Notes: generated from the letters alone by a model not told the origin. A DNA stretch of 64,000 nt from Ignavibacteriota bacterium (GCA_963776275.1 CAVZMI010000023.1:288001-352000), one strand, 5' to 3'. Positions 19,775 to 32,170 are shown, counted from the first letter of the stretch. Made by a program: numbers and translations.

Positions 19775-21736
19775 TCAGCATAGACAGCTGAGAAATTGAA
19801 GGAGATGCTGCATCCAGAAAAGCCACTTGGATGTCCAGTTCAGCACCGCCCGATGGTCTGTATCGGCTTTTTTACTATTATTTGCAATACTGATATCAAG
19901 AACAAGTTTGTTCTCGGGATCAACCTGTGCCAGAGATGCGGCTGATGTTGTGATATAGATTTTCTTCACCCATTGATCATTTCCATCCCATGTATCATTG
20001 ATACATTCGCCATTTTCACACGTGAGCCGGATATCGATCGGTACACACGCTTCACCATATCTTCGTATTATCACCTCATTATAATATTTTCCATCCTTCT
20101 TGCTACTCTTAAGGCTCTCAACCCCGTAATCTAGAACAAATGTCTCATCAACAAACTGACGGAAGAACCATCCCATATCTCGTCCGCTGACTTCATTTAC
20201 TAAGACATAAAAATTCTGCGGCGTAGGATGTCGGAAACGATAGCGCTGGAAATACGTCCGCATGATCGCATTCATTGTATTTTCACCGAGAAATTTCTCA
20301 AGCGTCCAGAGCATCAATGCTGGTTTATCATAGGCATTGATGATATAAGTTTCACGGTCGTACTGTTTGAATCCCCATTTTGCGATTGGATCGTTACGCA
20401 TATTTCGTAAAAACATGATTCGTCCATAATAGAGATAGTCGACGCGCACCTTATCTATCACTGCAATGAGCGGGAACCCATCAAGCGTCAGTAGCTGGAC
20501 ACCGTACAGAGGAATACCTCCGGCAATCCGGAAGGAACCTAAATTGTACCCATAAACCTTCTGCATAATCCGCATTTCCGAATAGGAGGTGAATCCCTCA
20601 TCAAGCCACGGATCTTCAAATTCATTGCTGGCAACCATTCCGTACCAGTACTGATGACCAAATTCATGGATCGTTACATCCTCTGGGTCCAGTAACGCTG
20701 CCGGCGAGATCCGGCGTGCCCGGCCTGTGATGAGAGTCGGGTATTCCATAGCTCCAGCATTGCTTGTACGTGGAGGATCGATTATGGTAATTGTCTTGTA
20801 GGGATATTCACCATACCATTCACCAAAATATTTCAGTGCATTGGTGACGGCGGTGAGATAGCGGTCACGAAGACCGAGATGTTCGGGTTGAAGGAGCAGA
20901 ATAATTTCCGTCGATGGAAGAGTTGGATGAGCGAATGTTTTGTGGAATTCAAGAAAACGCGGTGAAGCAGTCCATGCAAAATCATGAATATCTGCCTGAT
21001 GATAGGCGACAGTGATCGTTCCATCGGAATTTTCTTTCAACGATTCCCTTACTCCTGTCGCACCGACGATATAATCACGAGGTACGGTTAAAGTCACCCC
21101 ATATTCACCAAAATCGGCAAAGAACTCCGTATTTTGATGAAATTGGTGGGCATTCCACTCGTACCCATGACCGCGGGTCTGCTGGTACACCGCCATTTTC
21201 GGAAACCATTGCGCTACGAAATAGAATTCGCATCCCTCTGCAGCGTTACTCCGACCGAGAGCGAGCGGAAGTCTGGTTGAAAACGTCACACGTAATTGAA
21301 TCGACTCGGACGGTTTTAGAGATCGGGGAAGCGGAACGCAAAGTACAGTCTTATCATCGGCGTTATCATCGTCCGGATGGACAAACGATGAATTCTGAAG
21401 AAGATCGATCCCATCGATTGTTTTGAGAGTATGAATATCAATCCCACCCGCATTTTCAGGAGTTATATTCGTGCCATCTTCCACGGCAAACGTGCTCTTC
21501 TTGTCGCGATATGCATTCAGATACAAATGGAGATAAATATTGTTCACCTCATCAGGCGAATCGTTCAGCCATGTGATAATTTCGTCTCCCTCCACGGATC
21601 TTTTTGTAACATCGAGCCTTGCAGTAATGGTATAATTTGAGATATGTTTACTCAGTTGGGCGTAGAGAAGGACCGGCCCCGTATAAAGAAGAAACAGCTC
21701 AACAAATAATGCGATTACGAAACGCGTTGATTTCAT
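19775..21736 (-). CDS. M1 family metalloaminopeptidase
   Basis: GAMEYP, HEFGHQYW, WLDEG (HExxH-x18-E). Confidence 0.92.
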   Translation of the reverse strand: MKSTRFVIALFVELFLLYTGPVLLYAQLSKHISNYTITARLDVTKRSVEGDEIITWLNDSPDEVNNIYLHLYLNAYRDKKSTFAVEDGTNITPENAGGIDIHTLKTIDGIDLLQNSSFVHPDDDNADDKTVLCVPLPRSLKPSESIQLRVTFSTRLPLALGRSNAAEGCEFYFVAQWFPKMAVYQQTRGHGYEWNAHQFHQNTEFFADFGEYGVTLTVPRDYIVGATGVRESLKENSDGTITVAYHQADIHDFAWTASPRFLEFHKTFAHPTLPSTEIILLLQPEHLGLRDRYLTAVTNALKYFGEWYGEYPYKTITIIDPPRTSNAGAMEYPTLITGRARRISPAALLDPEDVTIHEFGHQYWYGMVASNEFEDPWLDEGFTSYSEMRIMQKVYGYNLGSFRIAGGIPLYGVQLLTLDGFPLIAVIDKVRVDYLYYGRIMFLRNMRNDPIAKWGFKQYDRETYIINAYDKPALMLWTLEKFLGENTMNAIMRTYFQRYRFRHPTPQNFYVLVNEVSGRDMGWFFRQFVDETFVLDYGVESLKSSKKDGKYYNEVIIRRYGEACVPIDIRLTCENGECINDTWDGNDQWVKKIYITTSAASLAQVDPENKLVLDISIANNSKKADTDHRAVLNWTSKWLFWMQHLLQFLSCLC

Positions 21737-21827
21737 GATCGATACTACAATAAAGAATTGTATTCAAGGAAGGTATATTGAAATATAGATAGAATTCGTA
21801 ATGAAATCAAGGATGCTTCAGTCATCA

Positions 21828-23933
21828 TTATTGTTTTGTATCATGTGCTCTCTTTGCAGCTTTTCGATGAGCAGCAGTGATCGGTTTCGAATCTGCAGAC
21901 GACCTGATTCCAATCTGAAATTGCGTTATCAGACGCTGCAGCTGATTGGTCAACTGGCTTAAATCTTCTGCTGCACGTGCAATCTGTTGTGTTCCCGAAG
22001 CCGACTCATGTGTCACGCTGCTGATCCCATCGATGTTCTTTGATATTTGTTCGGCTGCATCTGATTGCTGTTCACTGGCCGTCGCGATTTGTGTTGCCAT
22101 ATCTGTCAATTCCGAGACCACCGAGACAATTTCTTTTAATGATGATCCTGCCCGTTCAGCCAGTTCTATCCCCTTGTCGACCTCCTGGGTTCCTTCCTCC
22201 ATCGACTTCACCGCTCCAATTGTGTCTGCCTGGATTTTCTTGATCATCTGTGCTATCTCTTTTGTTGCCTTCGTGGTTCGCTCCGCCAGCTTTCGCACCT
22301 CATCAGCCACGACTGCGAATCCTCGTCCCTGTTCTCCAGCACGCGCCGCTTCAATCGCAGCATTCAAAGCCAGCAGATTCGTCTGATCGGCAATATCATC
22401 GATCACCTGGATAATTTCGCCGATCTGGTTGCTCGATTTGCCAAGCGCCTGGACTGTCCCTGCCGATTTCTTCACTACATCAGCGATCCGATTCATCCCG
22501 TAAACGGTTTCATGGACGACATTTCCCCCCTCTTCCGCCACCTGCCGGGCTTTTCTAGCCGTTTCCAGTGCCTGTTTGGCGTTCTTTGAATTCTCGAGGA
22601 TGGTCGATGCCATTTCTTCTATCGCGCTGGCTACTTCGGTCGTCTGCGAGTTCTGTTCCTGCGCACCCGCCGCCATTTCTTCTGTACTCGATGAAATCTC
22701 GGCGCTTGCGTTGGCGGTTGCCGTAATCACTTCCGAAACATCCCTTAATGCGGCGCTGAGCGATTCCGCTAATGTATTGACGCTATTTTTAACAAGCTGA
22801 TGATCCCCCTTATATTCTCCCTTCATCCCTACGGTCAAATCACCTGTCGCCATAGCCGACAGGGCATCCGAACTTTCCTGAATCGGAGTAACAACAGCAT
22901 CTAGTGTCTTATTCATTCCGTCGATGATATCCCGGAATCCGCCGATGAACTTATTCGGGTTACCACGGATACCTAACTTACCTTCACGAGCGGCAAGCGT
23001 CAGACCATTCGTTTCGTCAAGTAGAGATCTGAGAATCTCAACCACTTTATTTCTGCTTTTTGCAAGAATATCGACATCCGAACGTTGTCTTACATCAACA
23101 TTAAAGTTACCAAGAGCAATTTGTTCAGCTTCATGCGCCTGATCTTTCATATTTTTAGCTAGACTGTTGAATGAAGAGCTCAGTTTTCCTATTTCATCCG
23201 AAGTGGCTACCTCGATCACAACATTTACGTCGCCCGAGGCAAGAGCCTCGGCACCGGCGACGAGTGCGGTTATAGGTTTACTGATAGCAGAAGCAATGAT
23301 AAATCCGCCCACACCGGCGATAGAAAGGCCGACAATAACAAGAACGATGAGTATCACCATCATTGATTGGGATATTGTCTCTCCTTTGGAATTGATTTTC
23401 TCTGCATCATGATCTGTGAATCGTATCAAATCTGTCAGCTCTTGCTGGCATTCGGTCAATTCGCTATCGACTTCTCCATTGTTTAAGGCTTTTGGTATAT
23501 TGTTCTGATTCCCTTGCGCAATATTTATGGTACGTGATGCGGCAAGTTTCAACCGATCCCATGAGGTGTTGAATTTTTCAAGAAGAGGTTTTATTTCATC
23601 CGACGATGCGGAGCTGCCATATTGAACTATTATCTGATCGATCTTTTGTATCTTTTTTTGAATCTCGCGGGCAAATGGTTGTCGTTCTGATGCCGACGTC
23701 TTAAGGAAGAGGTTCGCAAAATCACCACGAACTGACACAATCGAGGCATGAGCATCTGCAAGTCGGACGAGTGGGATATAATCGTTGGCGTATAGATCGT
23801 CCTGTGCCTGTTTCTCTGCTCTCATTCCGATATACCCGACGACACCTATGACAGCGGCTATAAAGACGAGAGTTCCGAATGTCCAGAGAAGCTTAGCCTG
23901 AATATTGAGATTTATAAACCACTTCATGACCAT
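21828..23933 (-). CDS. Methyl-accepting chemotaxis protein (four-helix sensor, HAMP, signalling domain)
   Basis: [38 protein letters not shown]; two TM helices. Confidence 0.95.
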   Translation of the reverse strand: MVMKWFINLNIQAKLLWTFGTLVFIAAVIGVVGYIGMRAEKQAQDDLYANDYIPLVRLADAHASIVSVRGDFANLFLKTSASERQPFAREIQKKIQKIDQIIVQYGSSASSDEIKPLLEKFNTSWDRLKLAASRTINIAQGNQNNIPKALNNGEVDSELTECQQELTDLIRFTDHDAEKINSKGETISQSMMVILIVLVIVGLSIAGVGGFIIASAISKPITALVAGAEALASGDVNVVIEVATSDEIGKLSSSFNSLAKNMKDQAHEAEQIALGNFNVDVRQRSDVDILAKSRNKVVEILRSLLDETNGLTLAAREGKLGIRGNPNKFIGGFRDIIDGMNKTLDAVVTPIQESSDALSAMATGDLTVGMKGEYKGDHQLVKNSVNTLAESLSAALRDVSEVITATANASAEISSSTEEMAAGAQEQNSQTTEVASAIEEMASTILENSKNAKQALETARKARQVAEEGGNVVHETVYGMNRIADVVKKSAGTVQALGKSSNQIGEIIQVIDDIADQTNLLALNAAIEAARAGEQGRGFAVVADEVRKLAERTTKATKEIAQMIKKIQADTIGAVKSMEEGTQEVDKGIELAERAGSSLKEIVSVVSELTDMATQIATASEQQSDAAEQISKNIDGISSVTHESASGTQQIARAAEDLSQLTNQLQRLITQFQIGIRSSADSKPITAAHRKAAKRAHDTKQ

Positions 23934-24138
23934 CCTCCTGAAACGGTGTATATTCCTTTTGGTGAAAAGAAGAACTCAATCCACCAAACTATAATAGATT
24001 ATCGGCTAAAACCTCATGAATCTTGAATAAAATCACTGGGATGTAACCTCCAAGAAAATAACGGGTTACAATGAAGCGTTCTGTTAATTTGTCTACAGAT
24101 CGAGAACCAGGGGATATAATACGAATTGGTCAGATTTT

Positions 24139-24675
24139 CTATTCAATTACTCTGCGGGCACCGATATATCGCTGTTGATAATATGGAGTAGAAAGCGAGG
24201 AGATTGTGACACCTTCATTGACACTTGTATGAGCGAAGAGTCCATCGCCGATGTAAATACCCACATGTGACGGAGTGCGTCCCGCTGTACTGAAGAAGAC
24301 AAGATCTCCCCGGGAGAGATTTTTTTTTCGAATTTTTTTCCCTGTCCGATATTGCTCTTCCGTCGAGCGAGGAAGGGTAAGCATAAAGGCCTTTTCGAAC
24401 ACCGATCGTGTGAAAGCCGAGCAATCGATTCCGTCGGCAGACTCTCCACCATGTTTATACGGCACGCCGAGGTATTCACTGATAGTGCGCATCAGCAATG
24501 TCGAGTCGAGCGAGGGTGAAACAGTATCCGACGCGGCCGCATTGGTATCGTACAGTTCTTCTTCACCATCGTTCCAGGCAGAGCACGAAGATGAAAAACG
24601 GGGCGATGAAGAAGCGCACCCTGTGATATTAATAATGATTATTGTGAGAATAAGAAATCGGAGAAGTGCCATCAC
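24139..24675 (-). CDS. NlpC/P60 (C40) peptidoglycan endopeptidase lipoprotein
   Basis: YLGVPYKHGG...IDCSAF, HVGIYIG; lipobox ITGC. Confidence 0.92.
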   Translation of the reverse strand: MMALLRFLILTIIIINITGCASSSPRFSSSCSAWNDGEEELYDTNAAASDTVSPSLDSTLLMRTISEYLGVPYKHGGESADGIDCSAFTRSVFEKAFMLTLPRSTEEQYRTGKKIRKKNLSRGDLVFFSTAGRTPSHVGIYIGDGLFAHTSVNEGVTISSLSTPYYQQRYIGARRVIE

Positions 24676-24689
24676 CGCTATATGCAGTT

Positions 24690-25547
24690 TTATCCGAGGT
24701 ATGCGCGTAATGCTTTACTGCGCGATGCATGACGCAAACGGCGAATTGCTTTTTCCTTGATCTGTCGTACACGTTCTCGTGTGAGATTAAACTTCTCGCC
24801 GATTTCTTCGAGCGTCAACGAGTGTTCCCGGCCGAGTCCGAAATATAAGCGAATAACTTCTGCTTCCCGTTCGCTTAATGTAGAGAGTGCACGCTCAACC
24901 TCGCGGCTTAATGACTCCTTCATCAGGTCGCTGTCGGGCATTGGAGTCCGCTCATCCTGGATGACATCGAGCAACCGATTATCTTCACCCTGAGCAAACG
25001 GAGCATCCATCGAGAGATGCCTGCCGGAAATTTTCAGAGTGTCGGCTACTTCGTAGAGCGACATATCGAGTTCTTCAGCAAGCTCACTTGCGCTCGGTTC
25101 GCGTTCGAATTCCTGTTCGAGGGTGCTGAAGGCCTTTCCGATTTTATTCAATGCACCCACACGATTCAACGGGAGCCGGACGATGCGTGATTGTTCCGCC
25201 AGTGCCTGAAGAATCGACTGACGAATCCACCATACCGCATAGGAGATAAATTTGAAACCGCGCGTCTCATCGAAACGCTTTGCTGCTTTTATCAGTCCCA
25301 GGTTACCTTCATTAATAAGGTCTCCGAGGGAGAGGCCCTGATTCTGATATTGTTTTGCTACACTCACGACAAATCGGAGATTTGCTTTAGTCAGCTTTTC
25401 CAGTGCTTTTTGATCTTGCTTCTTAATTCGTCGTGCGAGCTCAATCTCTTCTTCTGCGGTCAACAGTTCAACCTTCCCGATCTCCTGAAGGTATTTATCG
25501 AGAGATTGACTTTCGCGGTTTGTATATTGCTTGCTGACTTTGACCAT
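24690..25547 (-). CDS. rpoD: RNA polymerase sigma factor, RpoD/SigA family (short Bacteroidota type)
   Basis: [43 protein letters not shown]. Confidence 0.9.
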   Translation of the reverse strand: MVKVSKQYTNRESQSLDKYLQEIGKVELLTAEEEIELARRIKKQDQKALEKLTKANLRFVVSVAKQYQNQGLSLGDLINEGNLGLIKAAKRFDETRGFKFISYAVWWIRQSILQALAEQSRIVRLPLNRVGALNKIGKAFSTLEQEFEREPSASELAEELDMSLYEVADTLKISGRHLSMDAPFAQGEDNRLLDVIQDERTPMPDSDLMKESLSREVERALSTLSEREAEVIRLYFGLGREHSLTLEEIGEKFNLTRERVRQIKEKAIRRLRHASRSKALRAYLG

Positions 25548-25659
25548 TGTAATTCCTTTTGAATTCTCGCATCACACTCTTTAACAATTCCTCGCAGTCA
25601 AGCGTTTCCTTGATACGAAGAAGTCGGGTGTCAAAGTATTCAAGAGTCTATGAAAATCC

Positions 25660-26121
25660 AAAGAGCACATATATGTATAGACGGCTGGAAATCCCATTCG
25701 GCAGTGTACATCCACCAATACATTGAAAATTGCAGTGCATGATACCGGGATATTCCTCACGATATCTTGGCGGCCGGCGACTTCCGGAAATGTGGTAACG
25801 ATATTTTCCGCGAATCCATTGAGATAGAGTGGATACATTTTTTCGCTTATCGGTCCGGCCGATCCCCAATGACTTACTGCACTCTCTTTTTCCTGCAAGT
25901 GCTCGGAAAGCTTTTCATAGCATACATTTAACGACGGCGGTTGTTTCATGCCTACATGCAATGAAATGGCCCCCGGTCCTGAATGTTCAAGATGCGGGAC
26001 CGACGGCCTGTGCAAGGTTTCCGAAAGTATAACTCCTCTGGTCGTTATATAGTACAGCGTCGGTGAGTTCGCCAATCCCGACGCCATCAAGGATAATGCA
26101 GATGACAGTTCGTGGGTACAC
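25660..26121 (-). pseudogene. deoB: Degraded phosphopentomutase 5' fragment
   Basis: RTVICIILDGVGIGELTDA...TFGNLAQAVG in one frame; YEKLSE...SHWGSAG...YLNGFAENI...PAVYT in another. Confidence 0.75.
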
Positions 26122-26174
26122 TGGGAATTGGGAATTGTCATTTCCTCATGATGGAGGACAACCGCTCATGCAAT

Positions 26175-26366
26175 TTATGCGTATAACTCCTTCTCATTAC
26201 ACTTGCATACTTGCACCCGGCGCTGGGTATATTTCATCGAACCACTTGGAGCTTTCTCTGAAGCGATGACCAATGTTGGCACTTTCAGCTGACCGCACTT
26301 ATCACATTTGGCACCATGTTGTGCAAGTTTCGCTGCTTTATCAGCAAACGTTTGTTGTTTTGCCAT
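26175..26366 (-). CDS. Small basic Cys-containing protein (CxxC...CxC)
   Basis: MAKQQTFADK...CDKC...CKCNEKE; GGAG RBS upstream. Confidence 0.7.
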   Translation of the reverse strand: MAKQQTFADKAAKLAQHGAKCDKCGQLKVPTLVIASEKAPSGSMKYTQRRVQVCKCNEKELYA

Positions 26367-26381
26367 TATTCTTACTCCATA

Positions 26382-28067
26382 TTAAAACACTCGTACGATA
26401 TTTCCGCCCGTCTCGATGCATTTTTGCAGTACCTGTGTTGCATTCTGGATGAGCTCATCGCGATCCATATGTTCGCCAAGTCCGCAAATTCCGATACTGA
26501 TAGTGATTGAAATTTTCTTTTCGTCGACGGTCAGCACTGTGGCAGCAATTGCTTTCCGTATTTTCTCGGCCCAAAGGTACGCTTCATTTGGCGTTATTTG
26601 AACCAGCAGGAGACCGAACCGGTTGAAATCAAGCCGACCGACAACATCATACAGGCGCACACTCCGGCGGAGCACTTTTGCCACACTGTATAGAATAAAA
26701 TCGAAACCATCTTTTCCATACCGGCTGATCAGCTCATTCATCGAATCTAGCGCAACAACCATCAAACAAAGCTCCGTGCCGAAATCGACGGCACGCGCAA
26801 GTTCCTGGTCAAGTATTTGCACAAATTGCTTTCGTGTGAGCGACCGGGTCGATTCATCAACTACAACATACTCTTTGACAATATCATTCAGATACAGGAT
26901 CTCCAAAGCAGCTGCCGTGTTTTCGGCAAGCCGTGCCAGGATATCAATGTCTTTCTGTCCAAAATTCTTTTTTGTACGGCTCTCGATGCTCACGGCCCCA
27001 TAACATTTGTTCATCGAGTTGATCGGAACACAAAGGAACGATCCTTCGTTTCGAATTTTTTCACCTGTGACAAAGCGAACCACACTTTCTGTTCCAAGAT
27101 CTTCAATCTTCTGTAGCTGGGAATATCGGATTACACTGCCTACGATACTCGTCGCAAAATCAATCACCTGATTTGTAATAGCATATCCTTCAGGCGTACG
27201 ATTCACCACTTTCCGGATCATCCAGCTGTGTTGCTGTTCATCGTAGAGCGTGATCGATAAAAAATCGAAGTTTATTAGCTTTTGAATTTCATCTGCAATC
27301 ACATCCACAATCGAACGGACGCTCAGATCGAGCTTCCATCGCTCCTGCATCCGACGAACCGACGCGAGCACCTCGGAATCGAGCAGAAGATCATATTTCG
27401 CCGTATAACTTTTTATTAATGCTGAGATTAGTTTTGTACACTGCCCTATCAGGGAAATAGTCTCAACACCGTAAGCATCTTCCGCTTTACTGTCAACCGC
27501 GAGTACACCGACAACGGTTTGTTCACCGCTGACTGTCTCATAGAACACCGGAGCGCCGATAAACGCCTTGACAAAATCAACCCCCTCGTAATAGCGGAGG
27601 AGTTCCTTCTCCGAAACCGGATTCACCCGACTTATGATTTCCGGTTTACCGGTTTGTGCGATCTGGCTTACCAGGTCGTGTCCCATCGGATAGCGACGTT
27701 CTTTCATGAATACATCGCTGTCGGTGATTTTCGTCTCGCACACCATTGTCTGTTTCTCACGATTCGCCCAGAAGAACGCCACCGTGTGAGCGAAAAGAAC
27801 TTCCTTGATAACGGCGAGGACTTTCACGAGCAGAAAATCAAACTCTGCTCTCGGTTCAGTTTCCGGTTGAGAGAGCTCTGAATTCAAATCGAAAAAATCT
27901 GCCACCTGAAACTCCACGGTCGGTTGCTCTTGCGGTTTCGGTGATGCGACGGATGTCAGTGATGTTGACGGCTTATCGGAGACAGTATCCACCCCTTCAT
28001 ACAACACATACTTCTCCCCTCCCTGTAGATCATCAAATACTAATACTTTTCTTTTTATAGAATCCAC
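26382..28067 (-). CDS. GAF-GAF-GGDEF-like protein with a degenerate active site
   Basis: Two GAF domains; RLYDVVGRLDFNRF replaces RxxDxxxRxGGDEF; ITISIG. Confidence 0.8.
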   Translation of the reverse strand: MDSIKRKVLVFDDLQGGEKYVLYEGVDTVSDKPSTSLTSVASPKPQEQPTVEFQVADFFDLNSELSQPETEPRAEFDFLLVKVLAVIKEVLFAHTVAFFWANREKQTMVCETKITDSDVFMKERRYPMGHDLVSQIAQTGKPEIISRVNPVSEKELLRYYEGVDFVKAFIGAPVFYETVSGEQTVVGVLAVDSKAEDAYGVETISLIGQCTKLISALIKSYTAKYDLLLDSEVLASVRRMQERWKLDLSVRSIVDVIADEIQKLINFDFLSITLYDEQQHSWMIRKVVNRTPEGYAITNQVIDFATSIVGSVIRYSQLQKIEDLGTESVVRFVTGEKIRNEGSFLCVPINSMNKCYGAVSIESRTKKNFGQKDIDILARLAENTAAALEILYLNDIVKEYVVVDESTRSLTRKQFVQILDQELARAVDFGTELCLMVVALDSMNELISRYGKDGFDFILYSVAKVLRRSVRLYDVVGRLDFNRFGLLLVQITPNEAYLWAEKIRKAIAATVLTVDEKKISITISIGICGLGEHMDRDELIQNATQVLQKCIETGGNIVRVF

Positions 28068-28499
28068 TCGTCGTTTATATACAGTGAGTTCCTTTATACG
28101 AGCTTGTCTTCCCCATACCAGCTTACTATATTGGAAGTTATGTCAAGTTAACTCATTTTCCACACAAAGTCAAGCTAAATTTTGCTTTGAATTTCACTCG
28201 GTTACGCTTCTTTCCGTTGACATTCCACCCTTTTTTTTGTACCATGACATTAGGTATTGTACGGCCGGCATCTGGAAAAGTTGTGTTCCACAGCCGGCTT
28301 CTGGCATACCGAAACCACGACTTCTCCAACGTCAGATTCTCACAGAGCGTGATCATACAAAAATGCAGGGATATTGAAATAAATCGTCGATGAGGAACAT
28401 CAAATAGTATCTACCTGTTATTTATAGATGATGCTATACACTTCGCCGTCTGAAGAATAGCCATCGGAAGAGAACAAAACGTATTTTTAGGGAGTCATC

Positions 28500-30582
28500 A
28501 TGAATCTTTCACATAAGATTCTCTCAGAGCATCTTGTTCAGGGCGAGCTTATTGCGGGGAATGAGATTTCAATTCGGATCGATCAGACACTGACACAGGA
28601 TGCGACCGGAACGATGGCATATCTTCAATTTGAAGCAATGGGAATACCGCGCGTCCGCACAAAACTCTCTGTAAGCTATGTCGACCATAATATGCTTCAG
28701 CAGGACTTTATGAATGCGGATGACCATCAATATCTTCAATCCGTCGCTGCAAAATATGGAATATTTTTCTCCCGGCCCGGAAATGGAATTTGTCATCAGG
28801 TGCATCGTGAACGGTTCGGCGTTCCCGGAGAAACGCTCATCGGTTCCGACTCCCACACACCGACAAGCGGCGGTCTTGGAATGATTGCCATCGGCGCCGG
28901 CGGACTCGATGTCGCACTCGCAATGGCCGGCGAACCCTGTGTTATTACAATGCCGAAAATCCTTGGCGTTAAACTCACGGGAGCGCTTCAGGATTGGGTT
29001 TCGGGGAAAGACGTCATTCTCGAAATGCTCCGTCGTCTAACAACCAAAGGAGGTATCAATAGCATTATCGAATATCACGGACCCGGCGTCGCCTCACTTT
29101 CCATGGGCGACCGGTTCACCATAACCAACATGGGAGCCGAACTCGGCGCAACAACATCGATCTTCCCGAGCGACGGCATCACCCGCGCATATCTCAAAGC
29201 ACAGGGACGGGAAAAGGCCTGGACCGAACAACATACCGATGCGGGATCATCCTACGATTGCATCACTATTCGACTCCACGCCGAAAAAGATGCACGTGCG
29301 ATTGCAGCATTACAGGAAGGCGGATCAATAAACCTTAAGATCTCGAAACCGGACACGTCTAATTTTGTGAATGTTGAATTTGATGGAATCGAAATCGATC
29401 TCGATAAGCTGGAACCGCTCATTGCACAACCTCACTCTCCCGATAATGTCGTTCGCGTGCGGGAACTTGAAGCACGCAGCATTAAGGCCGACCAGGCCTG
29501 CATTGGTTCCTGTACAAATTCTTCGTATTACGATTTACGCATTGCGGCACACATGCTGAAAGGGCAATCGGTTCATCCGAATACTTCATTCACGCTCACA
29601 CCCGGTTCGAAACAGGTATTTGAAATGATCGCACGATACGGGCAATTGCCCGATATCATTGCGAGCGGCGCTCGCATTCTCGAGTCTGCCTGTGGTCCGT
29701 GCATCGGCATGGGACAGGCACCACCATCAGGCGGTGTGTCGGTTCGCTCGTTCAACAGAAATTTCGAAGGGCGGAGCGGAACAATAGATGCAAAAGTCTA
29801 TCTCTCTTCACCCGAGACCGCAACGGCAACGGCGCTTACAGGAATAATATCCGATCCGCGCACGGTTGCAAAAAAGTTCGGCATCGCTTTCCCGCAAAGA
29901 ACCGAACCGGAAAAGTATATCACAAACGATTCAATGATCATACCTCCCTCCACAACGCCCGAAAAAATCGCGGTCGTTCGTGAGACCCAACATCAAACCG
30001 ATTCCGCAATTTGACGGCATGCCCGAGACACTGGCTGGCCGCGTACTGCTGAAGACAGGCGACAATATCTCGACCGACCATATTTCACCGGCCGGAGCAA
30101 AAGTACTCCCGCTTCGTTCAAATATCCCGGCTATTTCTGAATTTACTTTCACCCGGATTGACAAGGAATTCACGAACCGTGCAAAAGAATGGGGCGGCGG
30201 TTTTGTGATCGGCGGGGATAATTACGGACAGGGTTCTTCACGCGAACATGCCGCATTATCACCCCGGTTCCTCGGCGTGAAAGCGGTCATTGTAAAGCAG
30301 TTTAATAGAATTCACCGCTCGAATCTCATAAATTTCGGCATCCTTCCCCTGACGTTTGTCAATCCCGGAGACTATGAGAAGATCGATTTCGGCGATGAAC
30401 TAGAGATACCCGACGTACGGCAGCAAATGGAAATATCCACCGCACAGAACGGCACACTGACACTGGTCAATAAAACGAAAAATATCCCGATTGTGGCGGC
30501 GTTTGATCTGACAGCCAGGCAGAAACTCATTCTGCGAATGGGTGGACTTCTCAATGTCGTACGTAATGCAAAGGAAAAATAG
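28500..30582 (+). CDS. acnA: Aconitate hydratase, frameshift near 29985
   Basis: TQDATGT, GSDSHT, IGSCTNS, CGPCIGMG, NRNFEGR; swivel domain STDHISPAG, NYGQGSSREHAA. Confidence 0.9.
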
Positions 30583-30672
30583 AATTCCGGCTCGTGTTTG
30601 CCAATACAATGAAGTGCAAATTTATTTTTCAATGCAAGAAGTGTTAAAAACTCTGGCTTACGGAGAAAATGT

Positions 30673-31927
30673 ATGCCATCATATGAGAAATTAGTGCCTC
30701 CGTCAAAAGGGGATCATATTGCATTCATAAATGGAACTCTATCTGTTCCTGAACATCCAATAATTCCCTTCATAGAGGGAGATGGAACCGGACCCGATAT
30801 CTGGCGCGCTTCCCGGAAAGTATTCGACGCGGCTGTGCAGAAAGCATATGGAGGAAAACGTTCGATCGAATGGTTTGAACTTTTTGCCGGCGAGAAAGCC
30901 AACACAGTCTACGGCCCGAACACATGGCTCCATGACGATACACTTGAGGCAATCAAAGAATATCGAATCGCGATTAAAGGTCCGCTAACGACACCGGTCG
31001 GCGGTGGAATTCGCTCGATTAATGTCGCTCTGCGTCAAATGCTCGATCTCTACACCTGTCTGCGTCCCATACGGTATTTTCAGGGAGTCCCTTCGCCGGT
31101 CAAGCATCCGGAATTAATCAATATGGTAATCTTTCGTGAGAACACCGAAGACATCTATGCCGGTATTGAATGGAAGGCGGGCACGCCCGAAGTGAAAAAG
31201 GTGATCGAGTGGCTCCAGAATGAAATGGGTGTGAAAAAAATCCGGTTCCCGAAAACTTCGAGCCTGGGCATCAAGCCGGTGTCGGAAGAAGGAACGAAGC
31301 GACTGGTACGGGCTGCAATACGCTATGCGATCGGGAACAAACGAAAATCGGTTACACTCGTCCATAAAGGCAACATCATGAAATTCACCGAAGGCGGATT
31401 CCGCGACTGGGGCTATCAGCTCGCGAAGGAAGAATTTTCCAAACAGGTGATCGCCTGGGAAGATTGCGGAGGGAATGTCCCCCCCGGAAAAATCCTCATC
31501 AAAGATGCGATCGCCGATTCGTTCCTACAGCAAATTTTGACACGGCCTGCTGAGTACGATGTGATCTCGACGCTGAATCTCAACGGCGATTACATCAGCG
31601 ATGCTCTTGCAGCGCAGGTCGGCGGTATCGGAATGGCTCCGGGTGCGAACATTAATTATGAAACGGGCCATGCGGTTTTTGAAGCGACACATGGAACTGC
31701 ACCGAAGTATACAGGTCTTGATAAAGTGAATCCGGGTTCGTTGATTTTGAGCGGCGAGTTGATGCTCCGTCATTTGGGATGGACACGAAGCCGCCGATCT
31801 CGTCATCAAAGGACTTGAAAAATCAATTGCTGCAAAAACCGTTACGTACGATCTCGCACGGTTGATGGAGGGAGCGAAAGAAATCAAGTGTTCGGAATTC
31901 GGCGATGCGATCGCGGCAAATATGTGA
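30673..31927 (+). CDS. icd: NADP-dependent isocitrate dehydrogenase, frameshift near 31785
   Basis: [43 protein letters not shown]; tail [12 protein letters not shown]...VTYDLAR ends at 31927. Confidence 0.95.
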
Positions 31928-32040
31928 CAGATCCGAGGGAGATGCGCTCGCGAGGCCAGGTAAGACGGTAGCGCTTTATTCCACATCATCAGTCAGGGGC
32001 AGAGGCTGGGATTTAGAAAGCGAGTATTCGCTCCTGATTA

Positions 32041-32170
32041 GATTCCGATATTCCGCCTACGTCCTGCTTTCCCTCGACCCCTCGATACCCTTCGACAAGC
32101 TCAGGGTTCACTCGGGGCAAGCAAGCTCGAGGATTCCGCAGGACTTCGGCGGACAGGCGGTCGGAATGAC
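32041..32170. repeat. Nested REP-like palindromic element
   Basis: Core CCCTTCGACAAGCTCAGGG inside layers CCTCGA/TCGAGG, GTCCTGC/GCAGGAC, TCCGCC/GGCGGA, ATTCCGA/TCGGAAT. Confidence 0.75.

Noticed and set aside
21946-23412. Long antisense ORFs opposite the MCP gene, and similar ones opposite clpB, dnaK and alaS
   Set aside because: Shadow ORFs arising from codon bias of the real genes; no motifs or RBS
28150-28300. Possible oriC from TTTTCCACA and TGTTCCACA
   Set aside because: Only one good DnaA-box match, with no box cluster or origin-typical neighbours
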